Assembly: GCA_964187785.1 (NCBI GenBank)
Contig: OZ076409.1
Coordinates: 36,582,001 to 36,646,000 of the forward strand
From: Amphiscolops sp. MND2022
Taxonomy: Eukaryota
Direction of reading: 5' to 3'
Length of the DNA: 64,000 nt
Made by a program: the position numbers and the translations under genes. The first letter of the stretch is position 1; each line of letters starts with the position of its first letter. Shown one piece after another: positions 1 to 10,900 of this stretch. Under the pieces are notes generated by a model. It did no database searches. It saw only the letters and a list, made by a program, of their open reading frames with translations, and had not been told where the DNA came from.

Positions 1-1497
1 GGGGGCAGAGTATTTAGCTGAGGGTGCCACTGGTGGTGGCAATGTGCCACTTCTCGTTTGGTTACTTAGCATTGGTTGGTTTGGAGGGTCGAAGTTCCCA
101 AACTGCACATGCGGTTGAAATGTCTTATTCATTTGCATCTTCGCTGATGCAGCGTTCGGCGCGAATTGACTGGCCGACGTGCCATCCTTTACCATGGTCG
201 GCTGCGCTGTCTTAGCAGCCAGATGGGACATTTGCGTTGTGTGTGGCAAAGGGTCAGGTTGTGGTTTGATAGGTTCGCTGGCCAGTGCGATTCTGGATAC
301 CTCTTCTCCAAACTTCGTTGTTTTTTTGTCACATCCATTTTCATCAAGCCAAGAAGGTACCTTTTCGAACGGATCGCTGTGGATGGGTATTGGGGAGATG
401 CTTCGCAAACTTGTGCTTGCTCTGCTTCCCTCCGCCCGAGCGATTTCCATTTCCTTCTCTGCGATTCGTTTAGCCCTTGCCTTCTCCTCTTGGAGTTTAG
501 CTATTTCGAGTTCTTCTGTGAGTTTATCCATTTCCTCGTGTTTCTTCCGGATTTCTGCTTCGCGTTTCTTGGCAGCTATTTGTTCATCAATTTCTTCTTG
601 TTTCTTGATTGCTTCCAGTTCGAGGAGCATCATTCGCTTTGTAGTAGTTGACTTTGAACTAACTGATGTTCTGTTGCCCTTTGAATGTGCCTTGCTTGCA
701 CACTGATCTCTTTCTTCAGGTAGCGAATTCACCTCATTAACACAACGATTCTCAAACGAATACGGTCTATCGGTACCTTGTGCCATTTCTTCATTCGCAT
801 TCTTCTGAGGGGAAGTGTCACGGGACTTTAGTTGTTGCTCTTGCCAATTCACCCTGGCCCGGGCCATGATTCCCTCCATACGATGCAATTCACTGTAGAT
901 TGAAGTATCTCCACTGTGTTTCAACAACTCATCCATGTCGGCCACAATTTCATCTCTCCTTTTGAGGGTTTCTTCGTTTGCTTCCACCAATGCTTTGTAA
1001 TCCTCTGAGTTGCAAAGAGTATCCCGATTTTTATTGATTTCATCTTCGTTTTTTTGAAGCATTTCATCACATTTCTCTTTGGAGGTTTGAAGTTGTAGGA
1101 ACTCCTTCAACTGTCCTTCATTCTTTAGGCTTCTCATCATTGTGAGCATCTGACCAATGTTTTTATGTCGTGCTTCCAAGGAGTCTAATTCATTCCGATA
1201 TCTGCAGAAACGGTCGCCTTTATTATCCGCCCATTCTGGCTGATACTTGACTTTCAAGAGTGCTGTGTTCGCCCCGACGAGTCTCTTCCATCTAGGCAGT
1301 AGGTCTTGTCGGTTCGGTAGAAGGTCTGCGAGTTTTTCTTTCGTTACGTCTGCTTTGCGCAGCTCAGCATGTATTTCATCCAATTTTGCCTCAAAGCTTT
1401 GAATTGCTCTCATGTTGCTCTCCCATTGTGGCTTGTCGATAGAACTCTTCAAATGGTTTTCAATTCGTTTGTAATCAATTCTCTTTGGATCAGCCAT
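1..1497 (-). CDS. Gag(-Pol) N-terminus of a BEL/Pao-like LTR retrotransposon, open off the left edge (at least 499 aa)
   Basis: Manual translation from ATG 1497 (MADPKRIDYKRIENHLKSS...) has no stop down to base 1. It contains a Ser/Thr patch followed by an E/K coiled coil (SSKSTTTKRMMLLELEAIKKQEEIDEQIAAKKREAE) resembling BEL/Pao Gag, and lies downstream of a PBS and LTR end. It is absent from the ORF track because no stop lies in the window. Confidence 0.75.
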   Translation of the reverse strand, partial: MADPKRIDYKRIENHLKSSIDKPQWESNMRAIQSFEAKLDEIHAELRKADVTKEKLADLLPNRQDLLPRWKRLVGANTALLKVKYQPEWADNKGDRFCRYRNELDSLEARHKNIGQMLTMMRSLKNEGQLKEFLQLQTSKEKCDEMLQKNEDEINKNRDTLCNSEDYKALVEANEETLKRRDEIVADMDELLKHSGDTSIYSELHRMEGIMARARVNWQEQQLKSRDTSPQKNANEEMAQGTDRPYSFENRCVNEVNSLPEERDQCASKAHSKGNRTSVSSKSTTTKRMMLLELEAIKKQEEIDEQIAAKKREAEIRKKHEEMDKLTEELEIAKLQEEKARAKRIAEKEMEIARAEGSRASTSLRSISPIPIHSDPFEKVPSWLDENGCDKKTTKFGEEVSRIALASEPIKPQPDPLPHTTQMSHLAAKTAQPTMVKDGTSASQFAPNAASAKMQMNKTFQPHVQFGNFDPPNQPMLSNQTRSGTLPPPVAPSAKYSAP

Positions 1498-1505
1498 TTT
1501 TGACC

Positions 1506-1695
1506 TAGCCCAAAACCCCAGAGTACACTAACTAACCACAGGAGTCCAAAATCTGCTGTGAATACAATTTCCCAACAAGCCGATGAAGTAGCCCAAAACC
1601 CCAGAGTACACTATATACCCAAGAGCTCCAGTAATACCACTTCGAATACAAAATCCCAGAGCCTGCAGAAGTAGCCCAAGCCCCAGAGTACACTA
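1506..1695. repeat. Three copies of a ~25-bp unit in the retrotransposon 5' leader
   Basis: TAGCCCAAAACCCCAGAGTACACTA at 1506-1530 and 1589-1613; variant at 1672-1695. Confidence 0.85.
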
Positions 1696-1890
1696 AACAC
1701 AGAGGAGAGCCCAGATGAGACCACGTTGCAGCACACTGTTTTGTATAGATTACCAACAGTCGTCGTTCTGTACACGTTCACTTGTTCGCACAGTGCTGGT
1801 CTGTTTGTGTAGCAATCAGATGATCATCCAGTTGTCCGCCCAATTGATGTTGTCCGCCCAAATGTTGATGTCCGCCTCAAAATGATGATG

Positions 1891-1907
1891 TCCGGGTCGG
1901 CGGACCA
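1891..1907 (-). promoter_or_regulatory. Primer-binding site (tRNA-Tyr-like) of the left BEL/Pao element
   Basis: Minus strand reads GTTACA-TT-TGGTCCGCCGACCCGGA: an LTR-type CA end, a 2-nt spacer, then a TGG-initiated sequence resembling the TGGTCCTTCGAGCCGGA tRNA-Tyr PBS. Confidence 0.7.
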
Positions 1908-1909
1908 AA

Positions 1910-2439
1910 TGTAACGGCTGCTTGATCCCTTCAATTGACCAAACTTTACGCCGCCCTGAATTCGGTGCTCGGCACTGCGGATCGTTACCGAGCACTGCTT
2001 GCTTCGTAGATTAAAAGGACTGTATCTTGACTTAGTAGGATCCAATGATCCCGAATTGCACTTCTTCCTTGTCTCTTAACACGTCCAACTCTCCACAAGT
2101 TGAGAGTAACTAACTTAGTCGCCCTAAGTCTTTGGCGAAAAGTCGAAAAGAGGTGAAGAAATGAATTGAGAATTGAAATGGTCCTAAGACCCAACTTGAC
2201 TACAGCTATTCAGTCGTTAAAATCTCTATCTAATAATGGTATAAACGTGGTTTACAATTCTACAGTAAATATAAGGCGAAGACAAGTTGAAATATGTGGT
2301 ATAAATAAATGACATTTGAGTGAATTATTAAAGTTATTGGCTATGTAAACAAAGCACATGGTGGTTTTAGCATGTTGATTAGGTGGGCTCTAAAGCATGT
2401 TTACACATGGTAAATATCACTAATTTCAACAGAGTTACA
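1910..2439 (-). mobile_element. Probable 5' LTR of the left BEL/Pao element (outer boundary tentative)
   Basis: The inner end TGTAAC (1910) is next to the PBS; the matching inverted GTTACA is at 2434-2439. The partner LTR lies outside the window, so the outer end cannot be confirmed. Confidence 0.5.
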
Positions 2440-3975
2440 TTCTAATGTGGTCATATAGGTAAATATCAACATTTACATTTTTGGTTCAATGACCTTGAAC
2501 AACACACATGTGGGGGGTAAAAGGGGTTATAATGGGTGGATGACCTTGAAACTTGGCCAGTGTGTTTGGGTTATGTATCTGCATGTGTGTGCCAAGTTTC
2601 GTGGCTCTAGGGTTAACAGTCTTGGAGAAAACCCATTTGGGGGGGGGGTTTCCATTTTGGTCCCCCTCATTATTTGATCAAATTTTCATCTAAGTTTTTA
2701 AGAGTTTAAGTTTTGTTTCTCAACCAGCAAGTTCTGAATTGAGTTTCTCTGCCTTCTGATGACTGGCGCCAACAAGAGAAGTTGCATAATGTCGAAAAAC
2801 CAAACCGTCTCACCAAACAAAAAAGGCTTTTCACCTAGTCTAGCTTTGCGAACGTGAAAAAAGTTTGGTCCAGCGCAAGATTTGAACCCACTTTCACCTG
2901 CTTCCCAGCCTCACTCATCACGCATGACCAAACCCAGACTCTCAATCACCGAAGTGTATCTATTATGTTTCAGCGAAATGATTTTTTCAACTGCTACGTT
3001 CCATTAAGTGATTTAAGACAATAATTAGTCGGCTTTAGAGAATTTGGCTTCTACTTGGTTAGTATCAGGTTCGAGTCTCTCTCAACTCACCATTGTGGGA
3101 TATTGAGCATGTCCTTTTACCTTAGCTTAGTGGTATCGTCACGACAAACAAAACCGCCGTGTAGGTCTCAAAAATCTACAACGTTCTAGAAAGCTTCAAA
3201 GTGCAGAACCTATCCGAAAATAGTCTTTCAGGCTTGAAAGACGCGTTTCTTCAACTCCAAACGAAAACCCAAAATTGGAAGTTTTTTTGGAAGTAATTGA
3301 AATTTGAAAACAATCCGCTGCGTGGTTTTTGGAAAAGGTCTGAAAAATTCATTGTCGAATTTAACCCGAGAGGAGCCTTGTTGTGCTCCAAAAAATGTTT
3401 CTCCAAAATCGAAAAATGGAAAACATTGCGGGAAAAACCGAAGAGCTCGAATATTTTGAACAAGTCTCAGTGCCCAAAAATGCTATGGAAATATAAAAAA
3501 ATTCAAACAATCCTGTTTCCCAGTACTACTCGCTTTTTGGACCAAATTTGACGGTTCAGTTTTGTTTTTAGTCGCACTTTTTCTTGTCAGGACACAGAAT
3601 TGTTTGAACAGAGTCTGTTCACGCCACGACCTGGCCCAGTGGTTAGGAAGCGCGCTTGCTGATCAAAAGGTGGCGAGGACAAATGTTTTGATATTTTTCA
3701 AATTTTGACATGATCAGAAGGTTTTTGTTTGTTACTTTTTTCGAAACACATTTTTTAAACGATTTCAGTCAGAGGTTTTGGAGGTCACAAGGCGCACCTT
3801 CTGATTTTGTGGATCGCTGATTGTTATGACAATTTGTTTAAAGCCACTTTGAACCTGTTTATGGGACTTTGCGCCTTTTGAGCTTTAAACGGGGCGTCAA
3901 CTGGCAACTTTCTCGTCGTTATTCTCCCTTTTTGTTAGGTTCTGCCTGAAACTACTTGAAGGTTGGAAACTACTT

Positions 3976-4048
3976 GCCAGTTGGTCTAGGGATTAGAATG
4001 CGGGGTTTTTTAAGCAGGAGTGCTAGAGTTCGAATCCTGCACGGACCA
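3976..4048 (+). other. Degenerate tRNA-derived (SINE-head-like) sequence; related inverted remnant at ~2865-2910
   Basis: A-box-like TGGTCTAGGG and B-box GTTCGAATCC followed by GGACCA; no convincing cloverleaf. Confidence 0.35.
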
Positions 4049-4610
4049 AAGTTTTTATGTTCCGAATGCTATTTTGTTTTTCTGACTATTTGGCTAAATT
4101 TGCCAGTTCGTTCGCCTTTTCAGTTCAGAAAAAAAGATGTTTAGTAAATTCATCATGCTCTCTATTCTCTAATTATAGCTTCTATTTAATTATTCAAAAT
4201 AGATTTAACAGTAATTAAACATTGATAAAGATTTATTGCATGAAATGGGTGGATTGAACATTTGTTTCGAAGGGAAACATTATAAAATGCACACTGTTTT
4301 AGTCGGGGTCAAAGTCCATTGAAAGACCGGGAAACACACGCCGCAAGTTTCTCAATCATTACATAACTTTCCAAGTGACTTTCAAAGTGAAGTTCTTTTG
4401 GACTTTTTCTTCGTAAAGTTATCACCATTAACGTGAGAAATTGACTAGAAGCGAGACTCTAAAAGTTTTGATACCAGCTTTGTTGCTCAATTTTTTTGTG
4501 TGATCCCAATAAAATGTTATCTACTTCAGTTTGGTTTCTGTGTAGTTTGGCAAGCGTATGTCGAGATAAATAATTAGGAAAATGGCGTGAATTGTTGACA
4601 TCTAATGACA

Positions 4611-4940
4611 TTAAAGATCCTCGTCGTCGTCATTTCCCTGATGATTTCCGTTTCCTCCCCCGCTCTCAGTACTGGACCCTGGAGAATATGACATAAGACT
4701 TTCGTCATCATCGTCGTCTCCTACGTCATCAGAGTATGACTCATCGAGGTCAAGCATATCACCAGCAGAACCTTTTCTCAGCAGGTCTGCACAGAGGATA
4801 CTGTCTGAGTTGGCGTTGTCTATTGGGTCTGAGGAGTCATTCAGCGGGTCTAGAGATTTGTCACTTTTGCCGTTAGGTCCTTGTATTTGCTCGCGCATAA
4901 GGTTTCGGCGAAATTTAGCTCTAGCATTTTGGAACCAAAC
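4611..4940 (-). CDS. Lhx2/9: Lhx2/9 last exon: homeodomain helix 3 (VWFQNARAKFRR) and acidic tail
   Basis: Acceptor tttgtttcag at 4941-4942; TAA at 4611-4613; a minus-strand AATAAA at ~4232-4237 is a candidate poly(A) signal. Confidence 0.95.
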   Translation of the reverse strand, partial: VWFQNARAKFRRNLMREQIQGPNGKSDKSLDPLNDSSDPIDNANSDSILCADLLRKGSAGDMLDLDESYSDDVGDDDDDESLMSYSPGSSTESGGGNGNHQGNDDDEDL

Positions 4941-7900
4941 CTGAAACAAAATTTTAAAAGCAATTTCATCACTGTTCAACTCGCTTGATTAGGGTACATT
5001 ATTTATGTTGATAGTTCCACTCAAAATAGTGGACCGGTATCAAAAGTTCTCGGTTTTTTTTTATTTAAGCAAGTTCATCATTTGCTAGTCATTGTTTTGC
5101 TAAAAACATCACATTCTCAGAACTTTTCCGGGACCCTTTCGTCTCGTTTACATCCACATTCAGCATTGGGCAGTATCGATCCCGCCACTTCGGTATCGGT
5201 GAAAAAACTTGCCACGGTAAGAGTCTTGTTGCCGCAGAATTTTTTTGCTAGATTTTTTTCTAAAAAATGTTCTTATGACATAAAATTTCATGCTCCTGAA
5301 CATATTTGCGTGTACAAATTCAAACCAGTGTCATACAATGATGTACATTTGAATGGTGCCATTTGAAATCGAAAGTTAGAAAAAAATGATAGGTTACAAC
5401 AATAATTGAACAATAAGTTGTTGTAAACCCGCGAATCGGATCGCTGCTACGGGTATGCAAACCTTTCCAGAGTAACATCTATCGTTCTGCATAGATTGTC
5501 GCAGAATTTTCAGTCAAAACGTTTTGACGAACAAACTATTCTCTGTTCTATTCAAATTTCAGATTTAAATTTCATTATAACTGTTTCGAGTCTTAGCTTA
5601 GCTTACCTGAAGCACGCGTTTGGTGAGTCCAGTTTTCTGAGCAAGGCTTTTGAGGTCTTTGGCGTCCGGGTTGTGGTTTGCGTTGAAGTACTGTTTCATG
5701 GCCTGCAACTGGTTGTGTTTGAAGCTCGTCCTCATTCGCTTGGACCTCCCGGAGGTATCATTCAACCCCAGCCCCCCTGGACCAGTCATGTACCCGGAAA
5801 GGTGATGGTGGTGGTGTCTATGATGATGTATGGGGTCCAGGCCAAACAGACCTGACTGAAGTCCACTCTCGGCCTCCAAAATACCTGTCGTCACATTTAA
5901 CCAAGTGATCAAAATCAACTTTATTGGATGTTATTAATCGGATGAAGGTATGTGCTAGGGTTTTTCAAATAGATTCACATTTAAAGCTATGGCTTGTATT
6001 GCTTCACTCATACTCAGTGGTTCGTTTTTTTTTGGAAATTTGGGTTCTAATTCCAAATTATTAGGCTCCTGAAAATTTACTGTTTTTTGCTGAAATCCGT
6101 TTTGTTTAAGATGAAATCTTCTGTGTGGTTTCTCTGAGCTATTGCCCCCCCTCCCTCAATGAGTTTTTTTTTCAAAATTCAAATAGAATACGTTGAATAT
6201 AACAAAATTGAACAATTGTTCAGTATCAGCTAAGCTATAAGCCCTTCCTTTTGGTTATCTGGTTATGAAACCAAAACTTAGTTGAATACTAAGTTATAGA
6301 TTATGTTCAATAGGTGTCCTTACCCGCAGCTGTGTAAGGCAGCAAGCTGTGATCATCCAGATGTTTCTTCTTCCTTATCCTGCCTTTGGGAGTACCCGCA
6401 CTGTTTGGCAAGTGACACCCAGCCGGGATCATTTTGAGGAAGTCGAAAGCGGGGTAGTGCGTGGGGGGCAGGGGGTTCGACGGGATCGCAATCAACGAAG
6501 GGGGGTGTGGGGGCATAGGTGAAGCTTGCACGTGACTCATGGGTGTAGGGGGTGCCACCGGGTGAGGAGGTGGGGGTGTCGGCTGGGTGAGTCTTGCATT
6601 CATCACACTCGTAGAAAAAGAAGTCGGCTCTGTGGTATTTTTATTATTTATATTGGTAACATTGTTGCTATTTGCAATTGATTTGATTATATTGCCATTC
6701 TGATCATCTTGAGAGCTCGCTTTGACAATCTCTTGAGGGGCTATTTGTTGATTGTTGACATTGCTTGCAGGAACAGCCAAAGACTGATGAGTTTTGATAT
6801 TGTGAGTCGATGGGTCCGGTTCTTGCATTGACAAGTTGGGAAAATGTGTGAGACAGAAAATTTGATTGTTTTGAAATGCTATTTGGTCGCCGGGTTTGAA
6901 AATTTGATTGCACGTTAGGCACGAGAAGCAGCTGACGTGATAGGGAAAGTTTTTGGCTTTGAGAACGAGTTCTGTGGGCTTGATGGGAACGTCACAGCGA
7001 TTACATCTGCTTTTCGAAAGGACTTCCCTAAAAGAACAGAAATCAGTTCAACGAAAAAAGAAAAAAAGCCCGATGATGCGTTTCAAACTTCTTTATGGCC
7101 ACGCCCGACTGGGTTTCAACGAATGCGTCATTGCCAATTTTCGCAATTAGTTCGCTGGGCAACACGTTCATGATCAGCCAATTCTCCAAACTTTTTTCTG
7201 TTTGTAGGATTGTGTCTTTAAAAGGGGAACAAATTGGTTATCCAAAATTGATTTGTTGTTGATCACAATTTCAGTTTTTTCCACATAACAGAGTCTCCGG
7301 TTTCAAGTTCTCTTGAGAACTAATACGAAATTGATCATACTTTTGAAAAAAATCCCTTTGGGACATACTGGAAAAAGATTTTGAACAGACACGAAAATGT
7401 GAACGTTTTTTCCTTACTGAAAGTAGTCCTTCCTGCAATACACTCTGCCATGTTTGAAGAAACAGGAAGTTTGATCGGACAGATTGATAGAACAGGTGAA
7501 ACATTTGAGACACCTTTCGTGCCAGAACTCCCCATCAGTGCTGAGGTAGACCTGATCATCGATCGGGAGGAGACATCCAGAACACTGCTCCCTCTCTAAC
7601 TTCAAGGGCATCCCCTCCGAAAGGGCGCTGTGCAGACGGTGGTGCTTTGAGGCGGGGCTGCCATCGAATAAAAACGGCTGGCTTTCTTTGCCGCTCAACA
7701 GAGATGCCGCTATTCCCTAAAATGCAAAATCAAAATAGAGAAAACTGGTTTTAAGCCATATGGAGTAATTATCCTAAATTTCAAAAACCTCTAGAAGATA
7801 GAATTATTGCTCTGGAGCAAATTGATTTCGAAGAGAATAATGATTTGCTGAAGCTGTGTCAGCAAATCAATCGGATTTTGGATAATAAACAAGGCTTTGG

Positions 7901-10900
7901 AACATTGAAAGCATTGAAACAATGAAGAAACGTTTTGTGAGAAAAAATTGAATTGTTAAAGCAGTTTACCAACTCAATGCTTATAAGTTGCATTCCCAAC
8001 AGAAGTCATTATAGTCCTCAAGTCTGTTAAAACGAGCTTCCTTTACAGATAATTTCTGTTAATTTTTGGGGATTGATTCCCTCATCTAGGGAAGCTTTCG
8101 GTTTCTTACTGGGCAATGTCTGATATAACGAGGTGACCATGATGAAGCAGTGCTAGTAAAATATGATTTGTTTCCTGTCGTGGTTCCCTCTCAGAAATGC
8201 TCATCTTCCGGAGAAAATGGCCGCATCTAGCCACCAAATACATTTCACCATTGCATCTTGAAATGTACATCGAAACCACCTCTTCTTAAATTTTTATCCA
8301 GCAAAAGTTTCATTTTTAATGAATTTCACACCCAATTTTATCCTTTAGAACTTCGTTATATTTCCGTAATGAATTTTTTGTTATTTTTGGTATAACATTT
8401 CGTTATAACCGAAGTGAAGTGTAATATTTGTGCTGTAGAAAACATGAGCTATTGTTTGGCGAATCTTTTCAAATAATAGTCAGTACTTAGACATTTAGAC
8501 CTTCGGGACGATTTGTTGATTCGATAACAATGCTCTTGAAACTAAAACCTTTTTTGTCGAGTGCTGTACTTTGTTATTTTCCGTGCTCATTTATTCAGTG
8601 AAAATGTTTTCCTGATACTTTCCAGTAAGCTTTAATAATATTAGAAGCACTATGGCGTAAGAGGCATTTTTTCTTGTAAAACTTCCTCTGAACCATTTTC
8701 AATCTTGTTTACTGAGCGCGGCAATCTGGTAAGATAGATCGATCTCATGCGAAGAAAACGAGTATTCCCTATTGACTAATATACCTTTCCCCTTTGGTCA
8801 AGTAACAAAATATGTTGTTCAAGGCTGAAATGTTTTTGATGAAGCTGGTTGACTCTGCACTTGTTAAAACTGAATATTAAAGATTGTCTTGAGTCGTTTG
8901 TCTGGCCTGACGTTGAAGGAACTGATTATCGAAAATTATCGAAAGCAAGGTTTTTAGAATTATAAATAAGCTTTCTGAAGTTTTTCTCGGACTTTTTCCA
9001 GTTGCAGGAATTTAATGGAGTCTTGAAAGGGGGCAGTTTTTTGAGAGCCAGTTTTTGAAAAACGATCATTATCATCGATGTAACTAAGTCGGCTTAGTTA
9101 CCAATCGATGATAAGCATTCTTGAACATTTCGAACTTCAAATGTATGCATTTCTTCGTACCAGACACAAACAGCAAAACAGGCATCAAATTTCTCTTGAA
9201 ACTTTTGGCAAGATCTTGCAAGATCGTACATAATCTTGGTGCTTTTCAAGAAAACTGTCAAGATTCTTCTTAAGGGTTTCACGAAAAAGCAAAAATCCTT
9301 TCATGAATTCCAAAAGATTTCACAATGAGGTTATGGAGATATCCGAATTTGTGGTCAAAATGAAAAATGTCCCAATTTCACATCATTTGTATATTTTTCG
9401 CTTAGTTTCATTCAAATTTTGAAAGTTTTTGCAGACATGGAATGAAGACCAAGGAGTTAGAAATTAGGTTCTTAGCATATTGTTAATAAAGAGGGTTTTT
9501 AAAATGCCGCTCAAAATTAAAGCTACTACAACGAGCCAAAGTGACAAAGTTGTTGCGGTTACAAAACGTTTACTACTATGGCATTTGCTACTAGCCAATT
9601 TGCTACTAGGATCTGTTTGCTACTAAGCAGTTTGCTACTAATTTTAACCCTGAATGTACCATGGTACGATTTCGTACCAGTTAGTTTCTGCAAACTTCTA
9701 AACGCACCAATTGAACGCATGGTAAAGAAAACTTTTGAATAAGATTTTCAGACGATATTACATATCATTGCACGCCTTTTCACGGAATAATGACATGATG
9801 TCTCCGAAATCAAGAAAACTGGACCAAAAAATCCAAAAAAAATTGAGCGCAGATTTTCCGTTTTTCCAGTTTTCGTATGTGACCACTCTATCCCACTGGT
9901 ATCAAGATTGGGTCAAAGTGGGCCTAGCTTGTTTTCATGCATGCTGAAATGCAGTCGGAGACACGAGGCGTGCAAAATTTTGGGGCAAAGCCAGGAGCCA
10001 GTGCCCCCAGCCCAGCAGTTCAAAAATTGATTTGAGACTCAAAATTAGACATCTGGACTAATCGTCCCATAGTTGACAGCTTATATTCCCGTATTTAAAA
10101 TTAGTAGCAACCTACTTAGTAGCAAACAGATCCTAGTAGCAAACTGCCTTGTAGCAAGTGTCCGGACACCGTTGTTTCAGTACTGAGCGAGTGTCTTAAG
10201 ACAATTGTTTACATTTTTGCATTAGCTGATTTTATTGTAACCCCACCAATGCCATTTTTTTCATTATGATCATTCACCAAAATAGCGTTATTGTTTGTTC
10301 TTTTTAGCAATAGACGAACTGAACTTTATTGGCACTAGGCTGTGTTTTAACTTCTGTAATTAATCCTTCGCTGTGAGCTTTTGAAGAAGTTCATTCACTT
10401 CTTTACTAGTAGCACGTAACAAGAATTATAATTTAGATTTGGATGTTTTTAGTGAAACTTATTTATTTTGCATTTTTGCAAAATTCAAAAGCTGTATTTG
10501 CTTGAGAAATCTACTTTAAAAAAGTCTGAATTCTTTTGAAATGACATTTCAACTCATAAAATCTAGGAAATGATCTATTTTTCCATTTGTTGGAAGCTTT
10601 GCAGTTGCAGAATGTTGAACCCTGAAAAAACCGATAGTTTATTCAGTTCTTGGTACCTGCAAATCGTTTCCTTGGACATTTTCCGGCAGCGTAAGACTAG
10701 ATGGTATCAAAAGCTTTCACGTTTAACTCCGTTTTTGCTGCTCCGATAGGACGTTTAAATTTTTCAAATTAATGTTGTTTCTGAACCACTTTTAGAGTTA
10801 AAAATCAGAATTAGTTTAGCTCTACTATAGTTTTTTTAGTATCATTTGTTCCGATAAGTGTGTTTTTAATGAAATTTAAAGAGTAAAATTTTTTGCTGTT

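Noticed and set aside
24..706. Plus-strand ORFs of 63-175 aa in the track
   Set aside because: Antisense shadows of the minus-strand gag frame.
3976..4048. Functional tRNA gene
   Set aside because: A and B boxes are present but acceptor and anticodon stems do not pair convincingly; kept only as a tRNA-derived remnant.
6931..6933. Splice acceptor at 6932-6933 for Lhx2/9
   Set aside because: Phase-compatible, but it would remove half of LIM2; the acceptor at 7028-7029 gives a full LIM domain.
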